A stretch of DNA of 64,000 nt from a virus (IMGVR_UViG_3300036857_000386:121-64120); one strand, 5' to 3'; numbered from the stretch's first letter, positions 1 to 8,733 are shown. The notes: generated by a model not told the origin, from the letters alone. Translations and numbers: made by a program.

Positions 1-340
1 ACGAGGTGTCACGTTGGACAGGGTTTCGGGTATGACGCGCAGGGTATCGCGCTAAGATCGGACTGGACACGGGCTGAAAGGCTCTCCGCCACACGTGCGG
101 AGTAACTCAATCGACGAGACAGCTAAGTCGCGTGGGCTCCCCTTCAGTGGGAAGCTTGGCGGTCGAAGATGGGAGCGCAAATGCTCAATGCGTGTGAAGA
201 CGGGCAGGTATCCTGCCGGGTAGCACTACTTCGAACCGGAAGACCGCCAAGCGTAGTGGCCATGACGTGTGGAATGTCACAACGGTTGAGAGGGGATGCG
301 GCGTAACCGGACAACGACTCCGACGACACTGGCGATCCCT
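1..340 (+). ncRNA. Candidate large structured RNA (3' part; continues from ~63915-64000 if the genome is circular)
   Basis: Nested stems 154-164/242-252 (11 bp perfect) and 106-113/283-290; GAAA tetraloop hairpin 71-84; hairpins 84-102, 173-186, 203-217, 263-279; no convincing ORF. Confidence 0.55.
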
Positions 341-675
341 AATGAAGCAACACATCCACTCTCGTTATCGGCGTTATGCAGAGCGAGAGCGCTTGTGTTG
401 CACGAACGCAGTTACACATCGCTGCGCTTGTGCAACACAAGCAAATGGACATCTACCATGGCCAAGGTCAATCGCTGTCGTCGTGCCGACGCTGCCGCCA
501 ATGCGGCGCGTTGCGTGCACGTTGTCGCGGCGTCGCCGCGTCGCGGCGCGTCGGCTGCAGTCGCTCGCGCCAACGCCAATCATGGTTTCGGTTACCAGTC
601 GGGCGTTAAGCACGCGTTGTCGCGTCAGCGCACGACGTGGGCGTCGCAATACGCCAAATCTCACGTAAAGTAGGC

Positions 676-1033
676 TAGTGTCAGCTACCTCTGGTATGCA
701 GGACACCGCTTTCGGACAGCGCAGCGCGTTTTCGGCATGCGCCAGAATCGTATTTCGTCCCTATATACTACGTATATAGGGACGGCCTTAGTGCCGGCAA
801 TTTTTGGTGTCCTTATTGTCTGTAGTGTCAGGAGTCTTTTTATAAGCTTCATAGAGTCGATGCGTTTTTGCGAGAAAAAATTCGCGCGCGAAAATGCCGA
901 CTCTAATTGGCTCTCTGCTGCAGAAATTACGCTGACACTAGGACACTAAACGCAGCAAGCGCGTTTAGCGTTGATTTCATTGCCGTTTCAGCGACGTGCT
1001 GACACTAAACCGCATTAATGGTGTCTGACACTA
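676..1033. repeat. CTGACACTA iteron-like repeats (5 exact copies) around an AT-rich palindrome; candidate origin or packaging region
   Basis: Minus-strand copies 676-684 and 823-831; plus-strand copies 932-940, 999-1007, 1025-1033; variant GGACACTA 941-948. Confidence 0.7.
756..784. repeat. Perfect 13-bp inverted repeat with 3-nt loop
   Basis: CGTCCCTATATAC-TAC-GTATATAGGGACG. Confidence 0.9.
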
Positions 1034-1066
1034 AGCGTAAATTCAGCCACTAAATGGACCAATCTG

Positions 1067-1660
1067 ATGTACGACCGCGACATGCCGCGCATGCGTGCGC
1101 ACGCTTTGGCGTCTCCTGAAGGCTTGACGGATGTCATTGCATTCGTGCTGTGCACGATCCAGCAGCCGCTGCAATCGGTGAAAAACCAGCTTGCCGACAT
1201 CCGAGTCAACGGCGTTGACTCCAAATATCTGTTCGGTTCGAAGCGTGCCGGATACGCCTACGCGCAACAACACGCTTCCGTTCTGCATGCCGCAATCGTC
1301 GCTGCCGTGGCAAGCGACGACGTCGTTGGCGCAATCGACGTGCTCACCAACGTGCCTTCATTGGGCATCGTCAAGGCCGCGTTCGTCGCGCAGATATGCG
1401 GGCTGGATGTAGCTTGCATCGATACGCACAATTTGCGCGTGCTCAATCTGCCGGAAACGGCATTCCGTCTGGCCAAGAGCGTCAAGCCTGAAACGCGCCG
1501 CGCCAAGATCGCGCATTACGTCCAAGTCACGCGTGAAACCGGCGGAGCGCGTCACTGGTGGGAAACTTGGTGTGCATTCGTCGCGGGTTCGCGGCATAAT
1601 CGCTCCTTGCCGACCGCCGACGCGGTCTCGGCTTTCCACGTGGATTGCCTACTGGCGTAG
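1067..1660 (+). CDS. HhH-GPD superfamily DNA glycosylase-like protein
   Basis: VPSLGIVKAAFVAQICGLDVACIDTHNLR matches the HhH hairpin plus the catalytic Asp (IDxH) pattern. Confidence 0.65.
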   Translation: MYDRDMPRMRAHALASPEGLTDVIAFVLCTIQQPLQSVKNQLADIRVNGVDSKYLFGSKRAGYAYAQQHASVLHAAIVAAVASDDVVGAIDVLTNVPSLGIVKAAFVAQICGLDVACIDTHNLRVLNLPETAFRLAKSVKPETRRAKIAHYVQVTRETGGARHWWETWCAFVAGSRHNRSLPTADAVSAFHVDCLLA

Positions 1661-1739
1661 GCAATCGCCTCGCTCTTGAGCCTGCTAGGCTGCTCGACTG
1701 CGGCCGATGCCGCGCCGATCATTGGGAGTAACCGCTATC

Positions 1740-1907
1740 ATGACGCGCTATTTCTACGCGTGCTGCTACCGCACGCTTGCCGAGGCCGAGCTTGCGCTGG
1801 TCGACTGCTTCGCCACGGGCGAGCTGGATTATGCCGACGCGCCGACAATCGAGTCGTACGTCGCTCGCAACGGCAAGCGCTATTACGGTATCAAGATCAG
1901 GGGGTGA
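1740..1907 (+). CDS. Hypothetical early protein
   Basis: GGGAG RBS before ATG at 1740. Confidence 0.6.
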   Translation: MTRYFYACCYRTLAEAELALVDCFATGELDYADAPTIESYVARNGKRYYGIKIRG

Positions 1908-1909
1908 GA

Positions 1910-2116
1910 ATGCTCAACGTCTCTTTCCGCCGCGTCGGCGGTCTTCACTTCCTGCGCGTCGGCAGGCTGCAGATAAGCTGGTGCGTGTGCCGCGACTACC
2001 GCGACATCAACGCGCCCAATCCCCACAACGTGCTCCCTGAGCCCCAGCCCGCGCGGTTTCGGACCAGCGTGGACGGACAACTGGTGCTCGGCTTTATCGA
2101 CGAGGCCGCCATGTAA
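1910..2116 (+). CDS. Hypothetical early protein
   Basis: Starts 2 nt after the upstream stop; MLNVSFRRVGGLHFLRVGR. Confidence 0.6.
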   Translation: MLNVSFRRVGGLHFLRVGRLQISWCVCRDYRDINAPNPHNVLPEPQPARFRTSVDGQLVLGFIDEAAM

Positions 2117-2219
2117 CGGGATCACGCGACAGCCGGGACGCGCGGCGACCGAGGAATGCCTGAGCATGGCCAGCATGAAACACGGCTGGCCATGAGTGGA
2201 CATTCGGGGAGTTCGAGAA

Positions 2220-2435
2220 ATGAACGACGCCAAGTGCAACACCATGTTGTGGGGATACGGCCACGACGCCAAGCGTGACGCCATGCTGTGGGGTTACGGC
2301 CTCAGCAAGGGCCGCTACATGATCCTTGACGGCAACGGCGTCGTCATCTGCGGGCCGCAGCTTTCCTATGAGGCCGCGCACCGCATCTGCCGCGAGCATA
2401 ACCACATGATCGAGGACCTGCTCGACAGGGAGTAA
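2220..2435 (+). CDS. Hypothetical protein with an internal 13-aa duplication
   Basis: GGGGAG RBS; DAKxxxMLWGYG occurs twice. Confidence 0.55.
   Translation: MNDAKCNTMLWGYGHDAKRDAMLWGYGLSKGRYMILDGNGVVICGPQLSYEAAHRICREHNHMIEDLLDRE
2224..2301 (+). repeat. Imperfect 39-bp tandem duplication
   Basis: ACGACGCCAAG...TACGGCC at 2224-2262 and 2263-2301. Confidence 0.85.
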
Positions 2436-2440
2436 CCGCC

Positions 2441-2686
2441 ATGCCCAAATCGTTCACGCTCGACGGCAAGCGCCACAAGCTCGACCCGCGCGTGCCCGCG
2501 CGCCAGATCCAATGGCTTGTCGACCGCCTGCACGTCGCCACGCCCGACGAGGACCTGCGCGGCATCATCGCCAAGCGTGCCGCCGAAGGCTGGCCGGCGC
2601 ATTGCCTGAAGCAGGCGCAGGAATTCGCGGTCTACTGCCACCGCAAGAACCAGAAGATGTATCTCTTCGTCATGAGAGGACGTTGA
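2441..2686 (+). CDS. Hypothetical protein
   Basis: RBS, typical codon usage, tight packing. Confidence 0.7.
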   Translation: MPKSFTLDGKRHKLDPRVPARQIQWLVDRLHVATPDEDLRGIIAKRAAEGWPAHCLKQAQEFAVYCHRKNQKMYLFVMRGR

Positions 2687-2687
2687 C

Positions 2688-3068
2688 ATGTTCACCCAAA
2701 AGTTCGCCGCCTTCGCCTGCCTTGGCGACGTCATCACCTGCGACGTCGACGGGTTCACCGTCTACGCGCGCCTCGAATTCGACTACGACACCAAGGTCGA
2801 CGACTTCGATTGCTACACGCCCGACGTGGTCGCGGCGTGGAACAACGACGACTGGCGTTTCGTCGGGGTCGTGCTCTCGGTCGAGCGTGCCGACGTGACC
2901 CTCGTCACCAACGGACCTTCGCTGTGGGGATGCGAGATGAACTTTCCGGCTGGCGACAACGCCCGCCTTGCCGAGGTGGCGAACGAGCTGCTGCCGGAAG
3001 CGCTCGATCTAGCCAAGGCCAAGCTCGCCGAGCTTTGCGCCGCAGCCAACAAGGAGAACGATCAATGA
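2688..3068 (+). CDS. Hypothetical acidic protein
   Basis: RBS; adjacent to the upstream stop. Confidence 0.75.
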   Translation: MFTQKFAAFACLGDVITCDVDGFTVYARLEFDYDTKVDDFDCYTPDVVAAWNNDDWRFVGVVLSVERADVTLVTNGPSLWGCEMNFPAGDNARLAEVANELLPEALDLAKAKLAELCAAANKENDQ

Positions 3069-3316
3069 GCTGGAAACCCGAGGTCACCACCGACAACGGC
3101 ATCAATTGGGGCTCCAACGCGCTGCGCTTCGCAACGCGCGAGGAAGCCGAGCAGAACGTCCACGACCTGATGATGCGCTGGTGGTCCGTCACCGATACGC
3201 GCGTCGTCGAGTCCGACGATCCCGTCAACTACGCCTACGTGGATCACAAGCTGATCCCCGTCGACTTCTCCGGCGCGGAAGGTTTCCCCGAAGGTGGCGG
3301 CGGCATCATCGAGTAA
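3065..3316 (+). CDS. Hypothetical phage protein (MSWKPEV...NALRFATREEAE)
   Basis: ATGA overlap with the upstream gene; AAGGAG RBS. Confidence 0.75.
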   Translation: MSWKPEVTTDNGINWGSNALRFATREEAEQNVHDLMMRWWSVTDTRVVESDDPVNYAYVDHKLIPVDFSGAEGFPEGGGGIIE

Positions 3317-3401
3317 CACGTAGTGCCACCACGAAAGTGTGGCGGGCTCTTGGACCGTAGCCGCTGACCCACGGTCCCCAACCAACAAGGACCAAGGACC
3401 A

Positions 3402-3599
3402 ATGAAGAACCTCGCACTCATCCTGGCATCATCCGCCTCGATCTTCTGCGCCTGCACCGTGTGGGCGCTCGACATCTACGCGCCGCGCGAGACGGTGCTC
3501 GTCGCGCAAGAGGACGACTGCCCCTACGCCTACGGCGTGCTCGCCCTCGATGCGGTTGCCCGTGTCGACGCTGGCCACGTCGCCTGCATGTACAGGTGA
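3402..3599 (+). CDS. Hypothetical exported or membrane protein
   Basis: AAGGA RBS; N-terminal hydrophobic segment. Confidence 0.55.
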   Translation: MKNLALILASSASIFCACTVWALDIYAPRETVLVAQEDDCPYAYGVLALDAVARVDAGHVACMYR

Positions 3600-3602
3600 C
3601 CC

Positions 3603-3824
3603 ATGAGCAAGGCTGAAATATTTATCGGAGCACTGCTGCTTTCCATGCCATGGGGCATCGGCGCGGGTCTGACCATGGTCATCTACGATCTGATCGTTCT
3701 CGACCGGCCGCTGTCGCAATGCGGAACATATCCCGGCGAGTTCATGCCGGGACGCCTGATCCTCGCAATCATCGGCGGCGTGGCGTTCGTCAAGCTGCTG
3801 ATGCATGTCATCAGGAGAGCCTAG
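3603..3824 (+). CDS. Small two-TM membrane protein
   Basis: Two hydrophobic segments. Confidence 0.6.
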   Translation: MSKAEIFIGALLLSMPWGIGAGLTMVIYDLIVLDRPLSQCGTYPGEFMPGRLILAIIGGVAFVKLLMHVIRRA

Positions 3825-3912
3825 ATCGCATTAACTTATCCACAGCCTGACTGGCGCTGCGTAACATAACGCGCTATCATGTGCCAACTCACAGCAACAA
3901 GGACCAACCGAA

Positions 3913-4827
3913 ATGAATGCTCCCGCAACCACGCCCAACCTCTCCGCCATGCTGAGCCAAGTCGCCACCGTGGCGCGCGTCAGCACGTCCTCGCTGGGGC
4001 TGCGCCGCCTCGACAAGACCGCCTCGAAGGAATCGGACCGCGCCCACAACGCGCTGCAGGGCACCGCCAAGGTGACCGCGTCGCGCTTCTCCGGTGCCGA
4101 GGACCGCGTCAAGGAGATCAACGATATTGCAGCCGAGGTACGTGCCGGCCTGTTCTCGATGACCACGGCGTGGGGCGATTACCGCCTGCTCGCCAACGTC
4201 AATCTGCAGAAATGGCTGGAATTCTACGCGCCGAAAAAGCAGGCCTACGACGCCAAGGTGGCGCGGCTCAGGGCCGACGCGCCTGCGCTGATCGCTCAGG
4301 CCGAGCGCAACAAGGGCAACTTCAACGTGGCGACCGTATCCGAGGACGAAATCGACGATGCGTTCTCGCTTGAGTTCGACATGCAGCAGATACCGGACTC
4401 CAAGAACTTCGCCGCATCCGGCGTGTCCAAGGAAGTCGAGGCGCACATGCGCCGTCACTTCGAGGCGGGCATCGAGGCGGCCTACAAGAACGCCCAGACC
4501 GATGCCATGCAGCGCGTCGCCAAGCCGCTGGGTCATCTGGTCGAGAAGCTCGCCGCCTACGACAAGGCGGCGGACGAGAAGGCGCGCGGCATCACCTCAG
4601 AGGGCAGCGTGCGCATGCATGCCTCGACGATAGGACACGTGCAGGACATCGCCAAGGTGTTCCGCTCGTTCAACCTCACCAACGATCCGCTGCTCGCAAG
4701 CGTGGCGGACAAGCTCGATGCCTTCGAAGGCATCGAGATCGAGGATATCAAGACGTCCGGCGATCTCAGGAAGGACCTGACCAAGCGGGCCGACGAAATC
4801 CTCAACGATCTTCGCGATCTCATCTAA
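3913..4827 (+). CDS. DUF3150-like helical protein
   Basis: 304 aa, helical, directly upstream of the AAA and VWA genes as in known phage/ICE triads; family call is by context. Confidence 0.55.
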   Translation: MNAPATTPNLSAMLSQVATVARVSTSSLGLRRLDKTASKESDRAHNALQGTAKVTASRFSGAEDRVKEINDIAAEVRAGLFSMTTAWGDYRLLANVNLQKWLEFYAPKKQAYDAKVARLRADAPALIAQAERNKGNFNVATVSEDEIDDAFSLEFDMQQIPDSKNFAASGVSKEVEAHMRRHFEAGIEAAYKNAQTDAMQRVAKPLGHLVEKLAAYDKAADEKARGITSEGSVRMHASTIGHVQDIAKVFRSFNLTNDPLLASVADKLDAFEGIEIEDIKTSGDLRKDLTKRADEILNDLRDLI

Positions 4828-4845
4828 CCAACAGGACCAACGGAA

Positions 4846-5955
4846 ATGGACAATCCCAACGTGAAGGTCCGCGACGCGGACCTCGCAGCCTTCCTCGCGC
4901 TCGTCTTCGCGGCGGGCAAGACCCCCAAGATCAAGGGCCCGCCGGGCATCGGCAAGTCGAAAGGCGTCGAGCAGTACGCCAAGGATCAGGGCGACGACTA
5001 CGGCTACTTCGAGATCGACATGTCGAAGGCCAACATCGGCGACTTTCAGGGGTTCCTGATGCCGCGCGAGGAGACCATGCTCGATGCCGACGGCAACTCG
5101 ATGAGCTACATGGCGGGCCGCTACACCTACCCTTACTGGGCTTACGACAAGTTCTCGGGGCGGCCGCTGCACATGTTCAAGCGCGGCGTCGTCGTCTTCG
5201 AGGAATGGGGACAGGGCGACCCGGAGGTGAAGCGCGCGTCGGCGCCGATGATCTACGAGCGCAGGCTGGGGCTCTACCACTTCCCCGGCTTCGACTGCGT
5301 GATGCTGTCGAACCGCCCGGAGGATCGCTCCGGCACCACCAAGGAATACGACTTCATCATCAACCGCACCACCGAGGTGACGCTGCAGCCGACGCTGGAC
5401 CACTTCCTCATGATCGGCACCAAGCTCGGCTTCACGCCGCTGACCATGGCGTTCGCGGCGCGCAACGAAGCCAAGCTGTTCACCGATCCCGAGGTGCCGA
5501 AAAGCCAAGGGCCGTGGATGACGCAGCGCTCGCTGCATGCGGCGGATGACCTGATCAAGACGGCGCTGTCCAAGGGCATGCCGCTCGAAAGCCCGCTGCT
5601 TCTGGTGGCGATGGCCGGCACCATCGGCTTTGGTAATGCCAACGCCTACATGGAGTTCGTCAAGTGCCGCACCGAAATCCCGACGCTGTCGAAGATCGTC
5701 GCGGATCCGATGAGCACGCCGGTGCCGACGCGCCTCGATCTCTTGACCTTCCTCGTCTTCGACATCGCCGCGAAGGCGACGCACGCCAACATCGGTGCGC
5801 TCGCAACGTATGTGAAGCGCATGTCCGACGGCATGGGGGTGATGTTCTTCAACGCGGTGACGCGGCGCGATCCGACCATGGTGTCGACCGCCGAATTCTC
5901 ATCCTTCGCCAAGGACAATTTGACCCTGCTCAGCGCCGTCGCGATGCGGCGCTGA
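4846..5955 (+). CDS. MoxR/CbbQ-like AAA+ ATPase
   Basis: Walker A GPPGIGKS, Walker B VVVFEE, sensor SNRPED. Confidence 0.85.
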   Translation: MDNPNVKVRDADLAAFLALVFAAGKTPKIKGPPGIGKSKGVEQYAKDQGDDYGYFEIDMSKANIGDFQGFLMPREETMLDADGNSMSYMAGRYTYPYWAYDKFSGRPLHMFKRGVVVFEEWGQGDPEVKRASAPMIYERRLGLYHFPGFDCVMLSNRPEDRSGTTKEYDFIINRTTEVTLQPTLDHFLMIGTKLGFTPLTMAFAARNEAKLFTDPEVPKSQGPWMTQRSLHAADDLIKTALSKGMPLESPLLLVAMAGTIGFGNANAYMEFVKCRTEIPTLSKIVADPMSTPVPTRLDLLTFLVFDIAAKATHANIGALATYVKRMSDGMGVMFFNAVTRRDPTMVSTAEFSSFAKDNLTLLSAVAMRR

Positions 5956-5971
5956 GGAAAGGAGGAAAGCA

Positions 5972-6139
5972 ATGGACGAAGACCTCGCCGAGAAGATCGC
6001 CCGCAAGCACGGCTGGACCACCATCGAGGAAGGCGGCTGGGACGGCAACCTGATCTGCCACCGCGATCACCTCGAAGACCGCGCAGGCAACGAGTACGGC
6101 TCATGGGCCGATTGCGTGAAGGAGGAAGCGCTATCATGA
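5972..6139 (+). CDS. 55-aa hypothetical protein (not in ORF track)
   Basis: AGGAGG RBS; stop overlaps the next start (ATGA). Confidence 0.65.
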   Translation: MDEDLAEKIARKHGWTTIEEGGWDGNLICHRDHLEDRAGNEYGSWADCVKEEALS

Positions 6140-7407
6140 ATGTGCTGCCAAGGGAATCGACGCGCGCGGATTTGCCGACGTGCAGGGCCACGCGCGAGGA
6201 ACAGAGGTTCGTCGACGACGGGCTGAGCTACCTGAACATGACCACGCCGTTCTGGTCGGGCGTGCTCTACCACTCCATGTACATCGTCTTCACCGACGCG
6301 GTGCCGTGGGCGGCGACCGACGCGCACGTCATCTTCGTCAACGCCGCCGCCATGATCGCCGAGGGCTGGGGCATCGAGGAATGCGCCTTCGTGCTCGCCC
6401 ATGAGGTGATGCACTACCTCTACTGCGACCTGCTGCTGGCCATGGGATGGCGCGAGGCGAACAGCATCATCTGTCCGGATGGCACCGTGCTGCCCTACGA
6501 TCATCACCACATGAACCGCGCGATGGACTACCGCATCAACGCGGCGCTGGTCGACGCCAAGGTGGGGCGCATGCCCAAGATCGGGCTCTACGACCCGTCG
6601 ATATCGGCCAAGGGCATGGAGTCGTGCGTCGACATCTACGCCAAGACGTGGCGCGAGAGGAAGGACGGCGGCAAGGGCTTCGATGAGCATCTTGAGCCTT
6701 CGCCCGCCCAGCAGGAGGAAGAGAAAAAGAACGGCGACCTGAGACGCGCGGGGGCTATTGCCGCTGGGGTTCAGGCTGCCACGGCGGCGGGCTCGGGAGC
6801 ATTGCCCGCCGCCGTCAGGCAATTGATCGGCGAGATACTGGAGCCCAAGACCAGATGGCAGGACCATCTGCGCTCGTCCATGCAGCGCGCCGCAGGCGAG
6901 CCCGCCCATGATTGGGGCAAGCTCGACAAGCGGCATATCGCGCGGCCCGAGCCGTGGGGCAAGATCGTCTTCGCCAGGCGCGCCGACTATGGCTGCGGCA
7001 CGGTGGTGGTCGGCTACGACACGTCCGGCTCGTGCATCAAGCCCGAGGTGCAGCAGAAGTTCTTCTCGGAGATGGCGGCCATCGTCGCTGACCTGAACCC
7101 GACGGAACTGATCGTCTTGTGGTGCGACACGCATGTGCAGCGCGTCGACCGCATCGAGGAGCCGAGCGATCTCGAACAGCTGAGGCTGGAGATCAACGCG
7201 GCGGGCGGCGCTCCCGGCGGCGGCGGCACGAAGTTCACGCCGGTATTCGACTGGATCAGGGACGAGCACGTCGAGCCGGACATGGTCGTGTATCTCACGG
7301 ATTGTCTCGGCTCGTTCCCCAAGAGCGAGCCTGACTACCACACGATATGGGCGAGCATCCGCCCCAACAGCAAGGTGCCGTTCGGCACGCTGGTCGAGAT
7401 CGACTGA
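6136..7407 (+). CDS. DUF2201-type HEXXH metallopeptidase plus VWA-like domain protein
   Basis: AHEVMH; MIDAS-like DTSGS, GGGGT, VYLTD. Confidence 0.85.
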   Translation: MNVLPRESTRADLPTCRATREEQRFVDDGLSYLNMTTPFWSGVLYHSMYIVFTDAVPWAATDAHVIFVNAAAMIAEGWGIEECAFVLAHEVMHYLYCDLLLAMGWREANSIICPDGTVLPYDHHHMNRAMDYRINAALVDAKVGRMPKIGLYDPSISAKGMESCVDIYAKTWRERKDGGKGFDEHLEPSPAQQEEEKKNGDLRRAGAIAAGVQAATAAGSGALPAAVRQLIGEILEPKTRWQDHLRSSMQRAAGEPAHDWGKLDKRHIARPEPWGKIVFARRADYGCGTVVVGYDTSGSCIKPEVQQKFFSEMAAIVADLNPTELIVLWCDTHVQRVDRIEEPSDLEQLRLEINAAGGAPGGGGTKFTPVFDWIRDEHVEPDMVVYLTDCLGSFPKSEPDYHTIWASIRPNSKVPFGTLVEID

Positions 7408-7476
7408 CAGCTTCGCCTGCCGGCAAGGGGCCACCGGCACGCGTCTCCCATTCAACAGGCCACCAAGGAAACGAGC

Positions 7477-7623
7477 ATGAGAAAGTTTGCACTCACCACG
7501 CTCGCGGCGCTCGCCGCGCTGACCGTCTTCTCGACCTATCCGATGAAGGCCAGCGCCGAGAACTGCAGCACCCGCTGCTACTGGCTGGGTGATACCCAGT
7601 ACTGCGACACCACCTGCTACTGA
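7477..7623 (+). CDS. 48-aa secreted Cys-rich peptide (not in ORF track)
   Basis: MRKFALTTLAALAALTVFSTYPMKASA|ENCSTRCYWLGDTQYCDTTCY; signal peptide with A-x-A site; AAGGA upstream. Confidence 0.7.
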   Translation: MRKFALTTLAALAALTVFSTYPMKASAENCSTRCYWLGDTQYCDTTCY

Positions 7624-7715
7624 GGAACTGAGACCATTCCCCCGGATGGTCGAAGTAAGGCCGCTGCCCGCGCCCAATTCGGGCGGCGGCCGCAACCAAC
7701 AGAAGGACCAAGCCA

Positions 7716-7913
7716 ATGGGCACCAGAACCTACGCCACCACCAATGCGCGGCTCGCCGAGGTCATCGCCATGGTCAACGAGCTGATCGACTGGGCCGAGG
7801 CCGATGCCGAGCATGCACTCGACAACGACGCGCCGGATACGGCGCGTGACGACCGGCGGCGCGCCAAGACGCTGCGCCGAGCGCGCGAGCTGCTCAAGGC
7901 CTGCGAGAGATGA
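7716..7913 (+). CDS. Hypothetical protein
   Basis: AAGGA RBS. Confidence 0.65.
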   Translation: MGTRTYATTNARLAEVIAMVNELIDWAEADAEHALDNDAPDTARDDRRRAKTLRRARELLKACER

Positions 7914-7924
7914 GGAGCGCTATC

Positions 7925-8134
7925 ATGAAATTTCGTGTGCTGGTGCGCCAGTGGTTCGAGGAGGTCGCCGAGGTCGAGGTCGAGGCGGCAACCTATGGTG
8001 CTGCGATCATCAAGGTCGAGAACGGCATCGCCGACGGCGACATCGATCCGAATTGGCGCGATGGCGATCATGGCGCTTGCGAGACCGAGGCCTACGCCGT
8101 CTATGACGACAAGTATCTTCTGTGGAGCAAGTGA
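7925..8134 (+). CDS. Hypothetical protein
   Basis: GAGGAG RBS. Confidence 0.65.
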   Translation: MKFRVLVRQWFEEVAEVEVEAATYGAAIIKVENGIADGDIDPNWRDGDHGACETEAYAVYDDKYLLWSK

Positions 8135-8283
8135 TGAAACCGACAATCATCAGGAACGAAATGCACAAAGGCTGGGTGCAGCTGCGCATCATGTACCCCG
8201 ACGGCAACGGAGGCATCGTTACGCTGCCGACCGCCATCGCCGACAAGATCGTCGCGTTTTTGGAGAGCACAGGAGACCGATGA
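8134..8283 (+). CDS. 49-aa hypothetical protein
   Basis: TGATG coupling; GGAG RBS. Confidence 0.55.
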   Translation: MKPTIIRNEMHKGWVQLRIMYPDGNGGIVTLPTAIADKIVAFLESTGDR

Positions 8284-8284
8284 A

Positions 8285-8503
8285 ATGCAGACCTATGAAG
8301 TGAAGTGGACGCGCTGCCCGACGGCGTACAACCCTTCCTACATGCTCTATGTCGAGGCGGTCGACGCCGAGGCGGCCAAGGTGCTGGCGCGCGACCACGT
8401 CAAGCGCAGGCTGGGCGTCGGCGACTGGGTCAAGATCGAGGTGTTCGAGTACGTCGCGCCCGATGCCAGCCTTGGCCGCATTCTCGACGGAGCACCGCGA
8501 TGA
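8285..8503 (+). CDS. Hypothetical protein
   Basis: Tight packing; RBS. Confidence 0.65.
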   Translation: MQTYEVKWTRCPTAYNPSYMLYVEAVDAEAAKVLARDHVKRRLGVGDWVKIEVFEYVAPDASLGRILDGAPR

Positions 8504-8733
8504 TCGTCTTCGAGAAATGGCTGGATGAAGCCAAGCGCTACGCCGAGCACGCCTACTGCTACGGCGGCATGGTGCCCGAGTTCCCGGAGTTCTTCGCCAA
8601 TGCGTTCGCGCAGGGCGACGACCCCTATAAGGCGGTCGACGATTTCGGCGACGACGGCGGGCTCGACCGGCAGGACGGCTTCTACGGCATCAACTCCGAC
8701 AAGAAGTTCGTCAAGGCGGAGGGCTGCCGATGA
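8500..8733 (+). CDS. Hypothetical protein
   Basis: ATGA overlap; GGAG RBS. Confidence 0.65.
   Translation: MIVFEKWLDEAKRYAEHAYCYGGMVPEFPEFFANAFAQGDDPYKAVDDFGDDGGLDRQDGFYGINSDKKFVKAEGCR

Noticed and set aside
1-340. tRNA, tmRNA, RNase P, group I/II intron or hammerhead identity for the structured region
   Set aside because: I could not find their diagnostic conserved motifs by eye
296-673. ORF 296/458-673 as a real gene
   Set aside because: Atypical composition and weak RBS; not excluded, but unsupported
676-1033. Possible mini-CRISPR array
   Set aside because: Repeats are only 9 bp, irregularly spaced and in both orientations; no cas operon
4597-7716. Long minus-strand ORFs (4597-5784, 6067-7716) and similar ones elsewhere (30416-32623, 33419-35959, 38834-40786, 43926-45749)
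   Set aside because: Antisense shadow ORFs of real genes, caused by high GC3; no motifs or RBS
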